DNA from: Amoebidium appalachense
Taxonomy: Eukaryota > Protista > Ichthyosporea
Assembly (NCBI GenBank): GCA_963693365.1
Contig: CAVNZM010000008.1
Coordinates: forward strand, 3,811,572-3,875,571
Direction of reading: 5' to 3'
DNA: 64,000 bases
Shown here one piece after another: positions 10,108 through 49,022 of this stretch (positions are counted from its first letter, which is position 1; every line of letters starts with the position of its first letter). Position numbers and translations under genes: made by a program. The notes beneath the pieces were generated by a model that worked only from the letters and a program-made list of their open reading frames with translations, had not been told where the DNA came from and did not search any database.

Positions 10108-11505
10108 TCAACGCCGACGCTCGGCCAAAATTTTAGCCGACGCCTGCTGAGCATGGTCTTTCCACCTAATACCTTCGGGGGCTGAGGGAAAAGTCTTAGG
10201 CAATTTTCGGTTGGGACAGTCCCGTTTCTGATGCCCTATCCCCGTACAATGAAAACAAACTCGATCTGAAATAGGCACTACTGGTCTCTCACTACCCTGT
10301 TGGCTACCGTGCTTGCCGTTTTTCTGATAGGGAGCCGGGCGACGGGGTTGACGGTCATTTTTGGCCTTACCACCGACAGCCTGGAAGGCAGCCACCTGAG
10401 CCGATAAGCTAGCTATCTGAGCCTGCAGGGCAGCAATCTCCGGAGCACCAATACCACTACCGTTGTTACCTGGGGTGGAAACACTATTGACCTGCGCTTT
10501 CTTGGCCGCCTGCCGACTAGCGAAACGACCCTCGAGCTTGTTAATAATTTTTGACTGAGCCTCATCGAGCCTGCTATTTGCCTGAGCTATTTCCCACAAC
10601 TGCGCATCTGCCTCAAACGTATTCCTGTATAAACTACGTTGCATTTGACCGCTGACGTCGGTGTTCAAACCAGCTAACTCCAGCAGACGGCGAAACGTGT
10701 TGGTATGTGCCGTCACTTGGCCACCAATACTGGCAGCCGTGGCATCCGACGTGGGAGTGAAACGGAGGGCCCGGATCTGTGTCTCATATGATTCACGCCG
10801 AATGTTGGTCAGCCAGTAGTTCTCGATGAAACGCAGCAGCCACTCAGACGCCGTCAGTTCGACTTCGACCTGCAGAATCTCACCCTTGCCCTTGTGCATA
10901 GGGCGAGTCGTCTTCAGTGGTGTCCGAGAAGCCAGGTGAAAGAGAGAGGCCTCCGAACGCTCCTCTCCGTCAATGCTGAGGGCACGAACCGGCACCGTCT
11001 TCTTGTCGTTTTCAGGGTCCATGTAGTCGTCAAGGAGGGTAGCCATCTCCAACACACGAGGATCACCACTTGCCCGGTTCACACTCTGCAGAATCATGAC
11101 TTGCCACTGGGCCAGGGAAGTGTCGGGGGACAGCTTGGCGATGCGATCGATGAGACGGTACCATTCAAACACGTTATCAGCCTTGGAGAGTTGAGGAAGC
11201 TTGAGCTTCTCCATCATAGCTGCAGCAGCAGCACACACTTCAGGAACCTGAGAAGCCCTGGCCGCAGGAGCGTCGTAGAACACTTCATCCATCACAATAG
11301 GGTCTTGCCACTCCATCACACAGGGGGGCAGAGCGTCGAGAAACTCTGGGTCTATCTCATCCTGCGGATCCATAACTTGGCCGCGCCACTGGGTGAACTT
11401 GCTGACGGTGGCATCCTTGAGCTTGCCGAGGGGGCCAAAAACAAGAGCCTGGGCGAAGGTTGCACTCAGCCCGGCGACCGGCGAAAAGGGGGGTTCAGGC
11501 TCCAT
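10108..11505 (-). CDS. gag: Gag (copy 2) with CCHC zinc knuckle
   Basis: First ATG (MEPEPP) at 11505; C-terminal CFHCTGIGHQKRDC fits CX2CX4HX4C; ends in TGA at 10108-10110. Confidence 0.9.
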   Translation of the reverse strand: MEPEPPFSPVAGLSATFAQALVFGPLGKLKDATVSKFTQWRGQVMDPQDEIDPEFLDALPPCVMEWQDPIVMDEVFYDAPAARASQVPEVCAAAAAMMEKLKLPQLSKADNVFEWYRLIDRIAKLSPDTSLAQWQVMILQSVNRASGDPRVLEMATLLDDYMDPENDKKTVPVRALSIDGEERSEASLFHLASRTPLKTTRPMHKGKGEILQVEVELTASEWLLRFIENYWLTNIRRESYETQIRALRFTPTSDATAASIGGQVTAHTNTFRRLLELAGLNTDVSGQMQRSLYRNTFEADAQLWEIAQANSRLDEAQSKIINKLEGRFASRQAAKKAQVNSVSTPGNNGSGIGAPEIAALQAQIASLSAQVAAFQAVGGKAKNDRQPRRPAPYQKNGKHGSQQGSERPVVPISDRVCFHCTGIGHQKRDCPNRKLPKTFPSAPEGIRWKDHAQQASAKILAERRR

Positions 11506-11569
11506 GTTGGGGGCGAAAGCAACAGCCGAGACGGAAGTTTTGCAATATAGCAATTGGATTGGTGTAGCT

Positions 11570-12346
11570 TGTAAAGTATCCTCACGGACACTTCAGTGTA
11601 AAATGTATGTGTATGAGTGTAAACGGGGTTCACTCTGAACTGGATTTCAGAGGATCGATGCGTGCGTTTATATACGGATGGTCGACCCGGACAAGATTAC
11701 TTGACCAATTACACAACTCCCTAGCCGACCAATCATATTACAGATTAGTACAGGGCTAGTAATTACTGTGTGTGACTACTTGGTCTCTTGCCGGTTCTAA
11801 CACTCATATATAATCTTTACTGCTGCATGACTTATGACTTACACAGCCCCGAAATATACTCCAAATAAACAGGTACCAGTACTTTTCCTGTTTGTGACTT
11901 TGGTTACCAGTTACCTTTCGGAGTGCTGTCTCTCTCACATGTGTAACTGCAGGTTTACAACGACCACTCATTGCAGCTGGACTTTACCGGGATGCCCTCA
12001 ACATGACTGGTCGAATATGAGACTCCCCAATCACTCACAACCTGCTTGTTAGTTATTCGTTCTCTATGGCCGCAGCATTTACGTGTTCCAATCAACACAG
12101 AAGAGGCCATAAGTGTCCACTCACGCGAGTCTCACTGTAGTTCGTTTCCAAGTAACCGAACATATGTAATTGTATTTGATCATCCGATTGGAAAAGCAGA
12201 TATAACATTTATGATTGGCTCATTCATCAGCAAACGCCGACATCTGACTGGATGAGCCGGCACCGACGAATTGTAAATAAAGCAAATAGATCTGAATAGA
12301 TCTGAATCGATCGATTGACACGAATGCTCGCCGCGGAGACATAACA
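11570..12346 (-). repeat. 5' LTR of copy 2 (about 750-780 bp; 3' boundary uncertain)
   Basis: Starts TG and is identical to 4500-5276. Contains TATATAAA near 11667-11674 and ATTGG (CCAAT-type) boxes upstream. Candidate TTTACA ends at 11570, 11597 and 11618. Confidence 0.75.
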
Positions 12347-12496
12347 GAGACCGCCTTAACACAAGCAACCTGCAGGCCAAGAACCATCGACAGGCCTACC
12401 CACCCTTTCAGGAACGACATATCGGGGGTGTGTGTGTGACATATACTAATCCGTCTCAGCAGATCATCCTACAATAAGTCTACGATCAAGATCGGG

Positions 12497-12547
<51 letters not shown>

Positions 12548-13133
12548 CGGTCCACAGATCATCAAGATCAAGTCCGGGGCCTCAAGATCAGCTGTACATG
12601 TGTAGATACAGCTGCGGGCGCCGGGCATCTATGCCATCTTGCCGGTCTCTGCCGGCGCAGGGCAAGACCACGTCAGCTGGAGCAGCCGACCAATAGGATT
12701 AGAAATAGTGTATATGTAGGATAGATCGTAGGAGGACTTTGGAATGTAATAAGTTCGGGCAGAAGCCCTTGTAAATTTTGGCAAGTTCAGATAGTGCTCT
12801 CTGCCAAATGTATGCATATCTTGTAGTACAGGAAAGAGTAGAGGGGGGGGAGGGGGGGAAGATAGTATGAAATGTGGACTTAGACTCTGCGGTGCCACTA
12901 GGGGAAGGGAGAGGGGAGAGACAAGGATATTCATATTAGTGTGAGCCAATAGACTTAGCTCGTGCAGGCGCACGATAGAGTTCCTTAGATCGGAATGTAT
13001 GGAATGTGGCATCGTGGGGGGGGGCCAGGTGATGATGATCTTTGAGGGCCCGGCGGCGGCAACCCCGTGATCATTTCGGGTCAGGCTGGAGTAAGCCTGG
13101 TCCGGAATTCAGCTGAAGATCGTGACGCACCCC

Positions 13134-13315
13134 GGGAGATTAGGAGGCCTTAGGGCCACGTGGCGAGAGAGAGACACAAGCGCACATGTGCACCCACACC
13201 CACACAATCGCACGCACGCACGCACACACGCACGCACAGACACAGACGCCGCCTTCTGTAGTACACCATGATCCACACAGACACGCACGCACGCACCAAG
13301 GCCTCCTAATCTCCC
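13134..13315. mobile_element. 182-bp MITE-like element with perfect 18-bp terminal inverted repeats
   Basis: GGGAGATTAGGAGGCCTT (13134-13151) and AAGGCCTCCTAATCTCCC (13298-13315); non-coding interior; no target-site duplication seen. Confidence 0.5.
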
Positions 13316-14244
13316 AAGGAGGCCTTGGCACGCACACGCACTTTCTCTCTCTCCCCGGCTGCATACAACCATCCTTTTGCTTTGGTCGTGGTTTACCATA
13401 TCTAAATATTATATAACCCTCTTGTTCAGCCCTGCCATCGTCAGCATGTGCTCTTAGTAGAGCTGCGTACGCACTACCCAGTTTGAAAATATGGCCATGC
13501 GTATCAAATACTGTTACAAGCATGCCGCAATGTACCCACCAGAAGAATTATGTTCCTGTGGTAACACTGTATTACTTGGCAACCGTCTAAAGCTTCCACG
13601 CACATAGGAATCTACAGGTAGCTGCTTATGTAGTACTGTTGTGTACTGAATACACGGTTGGCCCACTTTCTTCAAACAACCAAAAATCTACAATTTTCTA
13701 AAAGCGGCAACAAACAGTACCACACATGATTTTCTTTAAACTTTTCTATTTACATACACTTTCCATAAGATCCCTTAACCTCTTCTATTTACATAAGCAT
13801 GCTTCTGATCTGTGCTGCAACCTTATAGCCCCCTCCCCCCCCCCCCCCCCTCCCCCCAAAGCCTCCACCTTCCCCCACCACCCGGAGACTGAACAAGGTT
13901 TCTAAAAAACACGTTATCTCGAACTGGTTCTACATAGCCAAACCCAGTTTACAACTTGAACTTCCAGTTCGTTATTCCCCTAAAGACAAATATACGGGAG
14001 GGGAGGGGGGGGGGGGGGGGGAGGGAGGGTCATGTACGAAAAAACGGATACCAGAGCGCTCATAAGCCTGGGCTTGTGACCTATCAGATATTTACACCCT
14101 GCAGATGGTTTGAAACCCACTGAAATTCGACATTCGTGCATGCAATTTTATAACACTTGGAATCACAGAGATCGACTTCGTGCAAAATCTATCCAGTTGT
14201 GGCCTCCTTGACGTTCCACCAGGCAATTACATGGAAACATTAAA

Positions 14245-28699
<14,455 letters not shown>

Positions 28700-30478
28700 G
28701 TTTCCGAGTTTCCTAACTGCCTTGAGGGATTCCGCACAAAGCAGGTCTAAGACCCAACAAATTTATTACCACCTGTATTACGACTGCCCTTTCCAGAGTT
28801 GATCATGATGAATTTCACGTGTGTCTGGACTGTTTCAACTCGCTCGGGAAGTGGGCCAAGTTGCAGCATTGTGTCTTCCAGCTGTTCGAATTTGTCCGCC
28901 CAAGCTGCCCAGACCAAAGGGCGGCAACTTAGATTCATTGATGGTTGATTTGGATTGGATAGACTCAGACTTCTGGACACACCCGACGGCCGGCCCCGTA
29001 GATGTGATCTCAAAACGAAACGTATAAAGCCTTCAGTCTGTTTATGTATATGTATAGAATGAAATAAACGAGCTCTAACTCTTTTCGAGAAATTTTTTTA
29101 GAGGAAAAAGCATTATGTACTGTTTAAAATTTCTAACCACATACCCATATTCGCTCCCACATGCAAATTCAGACGTAGTAGAGGCTGCAACCTATCGGAG
29201 TGGGCCAAAATCATGCACAGTAGTGCCGCATGGTACTCTGCGTGGTGCGTGTTCACCCACTCCTGTGACCCGTGACCCGTCCAGCAAACGAGAAAGCCAG
29301 ACACGGCGGAAACAGGAAACTGAACACAGCTCGAAAACCAACTTGGCGTAGGAAAGCACAAGGAAAAAAGGGTTTGGAAACGAACAAGACAAGATCAGTC
29401 AAAAGCGCGAGCTGAAGGGGTAAAGAAATTATTGAGTTCTGGTTAGGCATCCTGTAGGACGAAACTCGCTCGTAACCCTTGGGGCCGCTTCAGCATAACT
29501 TCTGGAACGATACATCTCACTTTCATTCAGTGCCTGTCTCCTGGTATTCTGGTAGCAATGAAGGGCCGCACGTAGAGAAGCTTACGCAGCTAATTTAAAA
29601 CGGCAATTTTTCGTGCAATAGGCCATCCCCTCGTTTTCTCCACAGGCACCGAGGCTGCAATTGTGAATCCCTGACGCTAGGCCTCTGTTTTGTTGCTTCG
29701 GATAGAGCCAGCAAGTTCTTGTATGATTCTAAGGGCAGTAACGCGTACGTGTGACATGACGGAGCTTGGCGAGCGAGTTTCCCGCACAGGTTCTGAGTAA
29801 TCACATACTCAGGCTACCGGTAAGCAACCCTCCTTTTTTGGTCCTTCAGTACCTGTAGATACTGTCAAGTCTACCAACCTCACTTTGTGCCCAAAGTAAA
29901 CTTGTTTTCCTTGTGGTTGCACGAAACTGCATCTCTAACAGGCTTAACAGTTCTTCCGCCCTTTTGAACTTTTTGTGATAACAGCCTGTTTCAGGTTGCT
30001 CGAGATGCCTTTCTTTTCTCAGTAAAAAATCATTCGAAGATCATCGTCGAAAGTAGGTCTGTAAACACTTTTCGGGTGCTGGATGTAAAAGAGAGTCGAT
30101 CAGCTGAATATGGTAAGGGCGAAATCCTCTCATTTTATTTCTTAGCTTCCATGTTAGTTCGTTCCCTTCCCCCCCCCCCTCCCCCCTCCCCGCCCTCCCC
30201 CCCTCGGGGGGCCCCTGCCCTGCCCCTCCCGAAGGCTGGAACCCCTGATGTGGCCCTCTTGAAACAGTACTCCTGTTTTGGGGGCATCGTTTTAATTTAC
30301 TAAGTGTAAACCGGTGTTCTTTTTGTCTTGGTTTTGTTTTCTTCGCTTCACCAAAAATGAAGCCATCATTCTATCGTCTGAACATACCCCCCCCCCCCCC
30401 CCCCCCCCCCCCCGGTTTCCTCTTTGCCCAATCTGTCACAGGAAATCGCTGGTTCCTGTTGTTGACAGGGCGTCAAGC

Positions 30479-44109
<13,631 letters not shown>

Positions 44110-44742
44110 GTGCACAAAGCACTCGCATAAGATATCATACTGTATTGTGAACATTCGTATTACCAGAGCAGTGGGTTGTTAACGTGTATGAGGTTTTATA
44201 TCAGATGAACAATGTAGTCAATCATTAGCCTCACTTTTTGCGAAACAGTCTTGGGTTTACAAAGTGTCTTTTTTGCACCATCATGTTAGTGTGCTTGTGC
44301 GTGTGGACTTACGGCTCAGGACTTGCTGTGTACATGTTTTCAACGTGTCGGTGTTACATTAACATTTGACTCGGAGATGTGTTTTGATGCATGTGCTCTG
44401 AACTATTCCTTCTCTATGTTTGTCCCAATTTTCTCTCTTTTCCACCCCTTTTTAGTTGTTTTACGTCTGGCATTTTGGAGTATGTCTGGATATTTTTTTT
44501 TTGTTTTTTTTTTCCCGGAAACCTTGTTGAAGGTTGGATACCGTGACTTCCAAGGGTAAGGGTGGGCACTCTACACGTATGGTCTATATGAGAACGAATG
44601 GTGGTGGTTTCCTGGGGGGGGGGGGGTGTAACGAGGAGTATGCTTCAGAATTAGGACGTCTGAGCAATACATACATGGGGGAAGGGGGGGGGGGGGGAGG
44701 GGGGGGGAGGGGGGAGGGGGGAGGTTTTGTGGGTGGGTGTGT

Positions 44743-44780
<38 letters not shown>

Positions 44781-45089
44781 TCATGGGTACTTGAGATGTT
44801 TGGCGTTCAAACTTGTGTCAGGGTGTCTGATAGTGGGAGAGGGTGAGCCTTGTGCCGCCTATGCAATATATCATAGAAGCACGTATGGATGAATCTTACT
44901 GTGGAATCTGAAAAATAAAAAGAAACATTGCTTTACATACAAAATGGGTCGTCCGCCACTGAGAACCCCCCACAATGTGATCGATATCGCTCTGCACATT
45001 GTTAACTTTCTTTTGGACAGCTTCGAATTCATGCATGTTCTTTAAAACCCGCGACTTGGCCGCTACTGTATTCTTATCACGGTGGGGAA

Positions 45090-45128
<39 letters not shown>

Positions 45129-45722
45129 TCGGCCAGTCTCCCCACATCAGTCTTGGGGCTTTAATGGCCCTTAAAGATCATGGTGGTGTGTGGGGGATGA
45201 TGGTGGGTTCATGTGCACGTGCACTCGATCATGATTACTTCCCACAATATGTGTGGTAGCAAGCGCTGGAGTGTGTGCAACAAGATCAAGTTGTTGGGTC
45301 GATGGGGACGACATGTGCCTGTGGGAAGTTCGCTTGGGCAGCGCTCTGCCTGCTATATCAGTGCACGTGCGGCTGTTCTACACGACGAAGTGGGATATAC
45401 AACGAATTTGAAGGCTTCATCATGATAACTAGTATGTATGTACCCTTTTGGTGTGCCCATGTGAAGGGAGGGAGAAGGGGGGGGGGGGGGGGGGGGGGGG
45501 GGGGATATCCGGAGAAGGGAGGTAGCACTGAGTACTAGTGTTGAGTGGTCTTAGACAGCAACTTGGACAGAATTTAGGAGAAGGGTTGTGAGATAGGAGC
45601 CATCTCATAGTATATATGCTGAGCACTTTTAACGCTCACACTTCCTAGTGCAGTTTGTGTGGGCTATGATGAATCAGATGGCGCATTTGGAAGAAAGGGC
45701 CGGAAAGCGCTGGGGGGGGGTC

Positions 45723-46240
45723 GTCACAGGAAATTTTTGCACCCGAAACTTGCACTGGAGGTTGATGTAATAATATCGATTTCCGTGTTATTTGGGTTTT
45801 CACTGGGTGTTTTCGTGCTCATTGGTCATGTTAGCATTTGAATACTATGTATAACACGTTTCTAATAGCTGTTTTGTTGAGTTTCTAGCATTTTTTTTGG
45901 GCAGCCAAAGAAAGTCAGCTTTATCAGTGTACATGTCCCCCTAGACCCCCTGTTAAGGCGTAACGGGGGGGGGGGGGGGGGGGGGGGGAAGGGGGGGGGG
46001 GGAGGGAGGGGAGGCATAGATGCAAGTGGAAGCCGCTGGAGTTGGCTTAAGTGACGATACTCCAGCATAGGGCTGAAATCCTACAGAGAAACATATAATC
46101 ACCTAAAGAGGGCAAAAGTATTCAGAAAAAACAGAACATAGACAAAGCTCCATTTCGAACCAGGTTAGGTAAACTTTTTCTATGCAGTCTAGCTAAGACG
46201 ATCTAGTACAAAAATACCTGGTGCAAAAATTTCCTGTGAC
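45723..46240. mobile_element. 518-bp MITE-like element with perfect 21-bp terminal inverted repeats
   Basis: GTCACAGGAAATTTTTGCACC (45723-45743) and GGTGCAAAAATTTCCTGTGAC (46220-46240); non-coding interior; no clear target-site duplication. Confidence 0.7.
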
Positions 46241-47280
46241 AGGGGAGAGGGGGGGGAGGGGGAGGGGAGAGGGGAGAGGGAGGGAGAGCCGGGGGGAGGG
46301 GGGAGAGAGCGAGAGAGGTAGGGGCGGAGGGCGGGGGGGGGGGGGGGGGGGGGGGGGTGCTGGGGGGGTCCCCGTGTGTGTGCATGGTTCACGTGCGTGA
46401 TGTACATAGGTGTGTGTCAGTGTGTACGTGTGCATATGCCTGTATGAGCGCACAGTATCACGTGTGTGTGTGTGTGTGTGTGCGTGTCCGTTTGTGTGCG
46501 CAACTTGTTGTGTGTAAGAGCGTGTACGTGCATGGCACCGCATCTGTGCATGCTTTTGCTACGGTGCATAGCCTTATCTGATTCATGTACCGTAAGTTAG
46601 CGGTGACGAGTTATACCCTCTCATACGCATGTGAATGCTTCATCATAATGTGTTTGCCGTCTGTCCGTTGCATGGACATATTCCTAGATTTTGGTAAAGT
46701 TTTCACACACAGTGTGCAAGTGTCACAGTGCACGATTGTTGAAAGATGGGTCAGTGTACGGGGGTAGTTTTTGATTGCAATTGCAGACACGCATTGGTGT
46801 ATATATGCCAGGTGTCACCGTGCTCACCCGCCTGTGGGCATGGTGCCTTGATGTGCCAAGATCTTCGAAAGCCCAGCCATGCCCTCCTCCTCCTCCTCCC
46901 CCTCCCCCCCCCCTCACCCCCCCCCCCCCCCCCTCTATCGATAACCCCCCCCCCCCCCCCCCCACTCTCCAAACACACACACTGTATGTTACGACTGTTT
47001 TTGTTCGCTCAATTCAACTATTCGGGGCGCTTTTCCCAATATACCCGAGCCATACGCAACCCCCCCCCCCCCCCTCCCCTTGCCCCTCGAAATTTCTAAC
47101 ACAGCCCTCAGTAGCCATTAGCTCTGCAGCTTAGAGTAATCAACAACATTTGAAATTTACTCGAAAGGAATCAGCTTGAAAATTCAGCCATAATTCGCTA
47201 GGGTATAGTAGTAATTTAGTAATATTTACCCGCAGGTTTTGGTGTTGGGATGCGGTTTTAAAAAAAGAAAAGAAAAAAAA

Positions 47281-47320
<40 letters not shown>

Positions 47321-47487
47321 AAAAACTCTGAGACCACCGGGCGGTTGAAACCACTAAGAAGGACGTCCATCGGGCTCACAATAAAACCAAACACAAACTC
47401 CGGCTGTAATACACAGAGCCTCGTCAAGTATTTATTAGGTGCATCGCGGTCACCATGTATCGGGTTACTTAAAAATAGGCTTGACGA

Positions 47488-47883
47488 CTAAACCTTAGAG
47501 GTAGGAATACCATTTACTCCCCAGTGTGTGTAGCCTGCGGTGCGGTCGAAGTTGGGGTTTGGTGTTGTGCAAGCAGTGAGTACAACTTTCCGAGTGGTAC
47601 GATCCACATCCATTCACTTGCCCACACCGATATTTCTCAACTGCCACGTTCCCCGATCACTCTTGGGCACTCCATAGAAGAACCAATCCTGGCTCGTGTT
47701 TTTCTTGTCGCACCTCCCCATAACCAGAGTGTTGCTCTTTCCGTCCGCACCCAAGCACGTTTTCTTATCTTTGGACAGGGTCAAGCGGAAGACAACTTTG
47801 CTGGTGGCTTGTGTGTCAGCCGTCCCCTGTGGAAACATATTGACGTACATGTCTTGAGTGGGGAGGGATTTGTCAGAGGGTCC

Positions 47884-47918
<35 letters not shown>

Positions 47919-49022
47919 GAACCGCAGAGTCGTGGGTAATACGTCTGGGTCGCCGAGAATGTACGACAGGTCGTACTCTGAGATCACAATTTGGCCGTTT
48001 TTGAGACCGAGAAGGCCACGGAACCACCTAGAAGCACTGCTATCGTCAGTCATTTTGAACCTTGTGAATCCAACAACAGAGTCCACCTCCCGCAGTGATA
48101 CATATCCAACCGAGGTGCTGGTGCTGTTGAAGGGTAGCCACAACCCAGCTTCTGTGAGGCACAGACCGAGGGGAGTGATGCGAGCATTAACACTCAAGGC
48201 CCGGGGAATGTTTTTGACTGAAAACTTGGCCGATTAGGCACGCTCTGGCACAACCTGACACTGCGCCTGTGTCATCCCAGTCATCCCCAATACGTTATTT
48301 CCCTTTCCGGGCCAGGCATCTCTATCAACGCACACGAGAAGGTCTGTGCTGTAGATGGAGGGGAGGGCCGTGGCGAAAGATGTCCTCGACCACGAAACTG
48401 TGACCTCAGTTGACTGCGTGGGGGCACCATCCGGGAGGGGCTTACGCAGGCTTGTCTTGACATCCACCGTGTGGAAGGTTCCTTGAGGGTTTGTAACGGC
48501 TGGATCACTTGGGCAGTTGTCGGAAGAGGCGGAGATGTCTTCGACTACGGCCCCTTAAGCTTTGAGCTTGCGACGCAGGTTCTCTGCCCGTACCGCGGTG
48601 AATGGTTCATTCCAGCCAAAAACGGCACTCACAGAGGAACGCCATGGCAATCCTTGGGGTGAAGTCGAGTTGTAGATAATGTCCCCGAACAAACGGTGTG
48701 AAAACTCAGCTTTCGTAGTTGTCACACAGACCGGCTCGGAGTATAATATACTATCTGGATTACGGAAAGGGTAGCAAAGGGTATAGGAAGTTGCTGCAGG
48801 AACGTCATCCCAAGTCGCTTTAATCTCAACATATGTCGTACCCAGGTAGCCTAGTTCTTGGGAGAATCTGAGCACCGCTACCCACTCAGGGCCATGCTTC
48901 TCGTCCCCCCATGCCACGTTGACTTTGAAGTTCTTTGGCGCAGAGAGACTGACTGCACTCGCGGCATTGGTGGCGGCAGCGCCGCACAGAAGGGCCGACG
49001 TAAACGGGAGCGCTGGCTTCAT
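47488..49022 (-). pseudogene. Intronless secreted protein with FN3-like beta domain(s) and a C-terminal ricin-B (beta-trefoil) lectin-like domain, interrupted by 3 in-frame stops and a poly-C frameshift
   Basis: Signal-like MKPALPFTSALLCGAAA, then LSAPKNFKV...ATWDDVPAATSYTLCY. ORFs 48555-49040, 48234-48467 and 47781-48197 share one frame across two TAA codons. Then KTCLGADG...VMGRCDKKNTSQDW...QLRNIGVGK*MDV...VVLTAC. TATAAAA near 49125 and AATAAA near 47431. Confidence 0.7.

Larger units (their letters stand above)
4500..12346 (-). mobile_element. Complete Ty3/Gypsy chromodomain LTR retrotransposon (copy 2: LTR-gag-pol-LTR); its 3' LTR is also the 5' LTR of copy 1
   Basis: Minus-strand LTR starts TGTTATGTCTCC at 12346 and again at 5276, where it follows a polypurine tract. 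Gag has a zinc knuckle and Pol has PR-RT-RH-IN-chromodomain order. Identity with copy 1 ends exactly at ATAACA (12341-12346). The LTR 3' boundary is approximate. Confidence 0.95.

Noticed and set aside
11560-11570. AGCTACACC as a PBS complementary to the GGUGUAGCU near the 5' end of some tRNAs
   Set aside because: Only 9 nt, and not a tRNA 3' end or a known half-tRNA priming position.
44820-46900. Possible decayed minus-strand exons (DKNTVAAKSRVLKNMHEF..., YHDEAFKF..., THYDEAFTC)
   Set aside because: Stops interrupt them and I could not build a consistent gene model or recognise a family.
47488-49022. Alternative genetic code or selenocysteine as the explanation for the in-frame stops
   Set aside because: All three stop codons terminate other genes in the window, the contexts are not readthrough-like, and I saw no SECIS-like element.
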